NCBI GenBank assembly: GCA_963751345.1
Contig: CAVVUS010000014.1
Location: forward strand, 192,001 to 256,000
Direction of reading: 5' to 3'
From: an uncultured Chloroflexia bacterium
GTDB lineage: Bacteria; Chloroflexota; Anaerolineae; B4-G1; SLSP01
Length of the DNA: 64,000 nt
Shown: piece after piece, positions 61,645 to 64,000 of the stretch
Numbering within the stretch: position 1 is the first letter of the stretch
How the letters are laid out: each line of letters starts with the position of its first letter
Position numbers and translations under genes: made by a program
Notes under the pieces: generated by a model
What the model was told of the DNA's origin: nothing
The model's database searches: none
What the model saw: only the letters and a program-made list of their open reading frames with translations

Positions 61645-62290
61645 TCAGTCCTCCTCGCTGTTTTCATCATGTAATTGGGGGAAGTCTTGAGTAGCCAGCG
61701 TATCCTGGATAAGGTCATAGGAGAATCCGCGACGGGCCAGTCGACCAACGAGGCGACGTCGGAACTCGTCGGGCGGCTAAGTTGCTCAAGCGCCGTGCCT
61801 GTTCCTGCGCCACTTTTGTGATAGCAGCGACCTCGTCGTAGTCTTCAAGGGCAACCTCTATCGCATCCGAAGCGATGCCCTTCTGGCCCAACTCATATCT
61901 TAGCATCCTACTTCCCCGAGGGCGGAAACTAGCCCGGTTGTCGCGCCAATAGCGGGCGAAAGCTTCATCGTCAACCAGCCCAACGCGCTTCAAACGGACG
62001 ATCACTTCTTCGATAACGTTCTCCGAAGAACCCTTATCTGCCAGGTACTCCCGCAACTCAGCTTCGCTGCGCGGTCGGTATGTGAGATAGTCCAACGCTC
62101 TGCTGTGGGCTTTCTCGATCACGTCGGCCACGTCAAGCTCGGCGATGACCTCATCGGATAACCACGAACCCACCTTCAGATGCGCGGCAACAGAAACCGC
62201 CAAGCCAAAAGCAAACTCACCATCCAGGTAGACATTCACCCGGTCCTTGGAACGTTTCTGAGGCTCCAGCGCCGTGATTCTTCCGGCCAT
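61645..62290 (-). CDS. recX: Regulatory protein RecX; apparent +1 frameshift near 61775
   Basis: RVNVYLDGEFAF, ALDYLTYRPRSEAEL, DDEAFA, ELGQKG; the shifted frame restores LARRGFSYD and stops next to the rny ATG. Confidence 0.9.
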
Positions 62291-62299
62291 ACCTATCCT

Positions 62300-62339
62300 A
62301 ACGGCTGAACGTCGAAACATGTGGACGTGAGCACGTCTA
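62300..62339. repeat. 8-nt-period repeat (5 units) just upstream of recX
   Basis: aacggctg aacgtcga aacatgtg gacgtgag cacgtcta. Confidence 0.6.
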
Positions 62340-62348
62340 CAGAAACAC

Positions 62349-62381
62349 AAAAACGGCTATGGCAGACTTACCATAGCCGTT
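62349..62381 (-). terminator. Intrinsic terminator upstream of recX, with no coding gene preceding it
   Basis: aacggctatgg-8 nt-ccatagccgtt with U5 on the minus strand. Confidence 0.65.
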
Positions 62382-62511
62382 GAGCACGCGGGCCGCCCCC
62401 GCCCTGAAAGGCAAACCTGGCTAAGACATACGAATGTCGTCGGAGACATCCATGCCGCTCGGGTCACAAATCTTCCTACGAGCGACCGCCTCCGAAAACA
62501 CTCCCCTCGAA

Positions 62512-62575
62512 AACGTTCAAACACCTCGACGTTCTAACGTCAAAACGCTTGAACGTCCGAACGTCTCAACGTTCC
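62512..62575. repeat. 8-nt-period tandem repeat, consensus AACGTnnn (8 units)
   Basis: aacgttca aacacctc gacgttct aacgtcaa aacgcttg aacgtccg aacgtctc aacgttcc. Confidence 0.8.
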
Positions 62576-62897
62576 CTGTCAGAGCCATCCACATTCCAGA
62601 CTGAACCATGGGCGTTCCCACAGCTTGCGATTTCCACAACAGCTAGACTCGTCTACCACACGGATCCAGTCCCGACTTCGATGTCCCGGTGCACAGGCCG
62701 CGAACTCAGGCACATACCCTGTTCACACGCAAACACTTTACAGCGGTAAAGTCACCAAAACATCGTGACGCGTCGGGTTGCTCCATCACCTCATCCGCAT
62801 TCTATCTATTCTACACTAGTCTTGGATAAAAGGAAGACCCGCACGCAACACGCGCGCGGCGACCTGCCGCACTCCGCATGAGGTGCGTCGCGTCGTC

Positions 62898-62925
62898 TTG
62901 CCAATATCGACGATCTGGGTATAAT
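62898..62925 (+). promoter_or_regulatory. Sigma-70 promoter of the tRNA
   Basis: TTGCCA-16 nt-TATAAT, 13 nt before the tRNA 5' end. Confidence 0.7.
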
Positions 62926-62938
62926 GTTCGGGCTAAGC

Positions 62939-63011
62939 GCCACCCTAGCTCAATCGGCAGAGCAGACGCTTCGTAAGCGCCAGGTTCTGGGTTCAATTCC
63001 CAGGGGTGGCT
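62939..63011 (+). tRNA. tRNA-Thr (anticodon CGT), CCA not encoded
   Basis: GCCACCC/GGGTGGC acceptor stem, GCTC/GAGC D-stem, loop TT-CGT-AA, CTGGG-TTCAATT-CCCAG T-arm. Confidence 0.93.
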
Positions 63012-63013
63012 CT

Positions 63014-63042
63014 AAAGCCCCGGCAGCATTCGGGGCTTTTTT
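63014..63042 (+). terminator. Intrinsic terminator after the tRNA
   Basis: aaagccccg-gcagcatt-cggggctttttt. Confidence 0.8.
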
Positions 63043-63056
63043 CTTATAGGGGAATC

Positions 63057-64000
63057 GTGCAACCAATGCGGATCAGGCGGCTGGCGAACCAGCTATGGGG
63101 AGGGTTGGGTGACCAAAGGCTTGCCCTTCTGGCCCTGGTCCTCCTGTCAATCACCCAGATTGCCGCCTTCATCCTTCCCCAGATCCCCGTCTCGTCGGAC
63201 CAGAGCGTGCTGTTCAATCGCTGGCTGGCCGAGTTTCGTCCACGATTGGGCGAGGCCGCCCGCCCCCTCGCAGCGTTGGGCCTTCTGACAATCCGTGCTT
63301 CATACCTTCTCCGGGCGATCCTGGCGTTTTTCGGCCTGCTCGTCGCGGCCAACTTGGACCGGCTGCGTGAGATCCGGCGCGCTCGGACCCCGATGCCCAG
63401 GCAGATCGGGCGAATCTTGATCTGCATAGGTGGCCTGCTGATCATCGGTGGTTGGGCGGGCCAAATGAGTGCGGGTTGGCGCGACCCGGAGGTCATCGCG
63501 TGGCCCGGCGCGGAGATCGCCGTTCCGGACCACAATCTGTCGCTCCCGCAACCCTCCGGCCCGCTCGGTGTTTGGCGCGGGGGCTATGGCTACTATGTCA
63601 TCTCCCGAGGCCAACGCATCGGGCTCGAGATCCAGGCCGCCGACGATGCAGGCGACAGCCTCCCGCTCCTACCGGCGGTGGGCGAAGCCCCACAGCCAAG
63701 CTTGCGGCTGGCTTTCACGACGGCAGAGCCCGAGGCATTCTTCGCCATTCAGGAAGCCGGCCTGATCTTTCGGCTGAACCAGATTGCTGACAACATCCAG
63801 GTGCAAGCGTACCGCAGCGCCAGCGGTGAGTTACTCACCGAAGTTCAGCTCGACGGCAACGCGACATCCACGCTGCAGCTTGACGGGACCAAAGTGACCA
63901 TCGTCCAGACCCTTCTCCCACGCTATGAAGTGATCTATAATCCAGGTGCCGCTCTTGAGGGCAGTGGGATGGTGCTCTTCGCCGTGGGCGCGGTGCTTGG
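63057..64000 (+). CDS. ResB/Ccs1-like membrane protein, 3'-truncated by the window (absent from the ORF track because there is no stop)
   Basis: Manual translation: TM-ILPQ...W...LAALGL..I-TM, TM, soluble domain, then YNPG-TM, which is ResB topology. Confidence 0.55.
   Translation, partial: MQPMRIRRLANQLWGGLGDQRLALLALVLLSITQIAAFILPQIPVSSDQSVLFNRWLAEFRPRLGEAARPLAALGLLTIRASYLLRAILAFFGLLVAANLDRLREIRRARTPMPRQIGRILICIGGLLIIGGWAGQMSAGWRDPEVIAWPGAEIAVPDHNLSLPQPSGPLGVWRGGYGYYVISRGQRIGLEIQAADDAGDSLPLLPAVGEAPQPSLRLAFTTAEPEAFFAIQEAGLIFRLNQIADNIQVQAYRSASGELLTEVQLDGNATSTLQLDGTKVTIVQTLLPRYEVIYNPGAALEGSGMVLFAVGAVL

Noticed and set aside
62405-62450. ggcaaacc as a c-di-GMP-I riboswitch
   Set aside because: The required GNRA-capped P2 and the GACGCAAA/GCAAAG segment do not follow
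45015-62575. Octamer arrays or 18-bp repeats as CRISPR arrays
   Set aside because: No 23-47-bp repeats with unique spacers, and no cas genes in the window
62939-63011. tRNA as a prophage/ICE integration site or pseudo-tRNA
   Set aside because: No integrase and no duplicated tRNA 3' end in the window. A single A-C mismatch in the anticodon stem and a non-encoded CCA are tolerated, and promoter and terminator are intact.

Overview
64 kb of a GC-rich bacterial chromosome. Gene content points to Chloroflexota, probably Anaerolineae (inference from the archaeal-type mevalonate cluster, translin homologue, acidic PDWL-repeat TPR protein and DegS/DegU-like pair). In order: galK, a CoA-transferase, fixABCX and ndk; a large TPR/acidic-repeat protein; rlmN; a DegU/DegS-like pair and a sigma-70 factor. 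A long minus-strand run (16.6-41.2 kb) follows. It carries sua5, a sulfated-sugar cluster (PMM, PAPS synthase, sulfotransferase, GDP-mannose 3,5-epimerase-like, galacturonokinase-like), translin/DUF3467/ssb and two cell-wall hydrolases. It also carries a 9-gene signalling operon (DUF4388/PATAN, MglA/CvnD-like GTPase, active and catalytically dead alpha/beta-hydrolase paralogues, V4R, beta-helix protein, REC-GGDEF-like, multi-GAF hybrid kinase, single REC) and recN. Next come HMG-CoA reductase/synthase, thiolase and DUF35, then an accessory block (esterase, ferredoxin, MFS, MBL, HET-C-like, an ApbE flavinylation operon with its own two-component system, PrsW). The window ends with rny, recX, tRNA-Thr(CGT) and a partial ResB-like gene. 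Eight genes carry apparent single-base insertions, most likely sequencing errors. An 8-nt-period AACGTnnn repeat family is scattered in intergenic spaces. No CRISPR array, rRNA or transposase was seen. The best candidates for an undescribed system are the GTPase/PATAN/V4R/pseudo-hydrolase operon and the plant-like sulfated L-sugar cluster. All family calls come from motif recognition by eye, not database searches.
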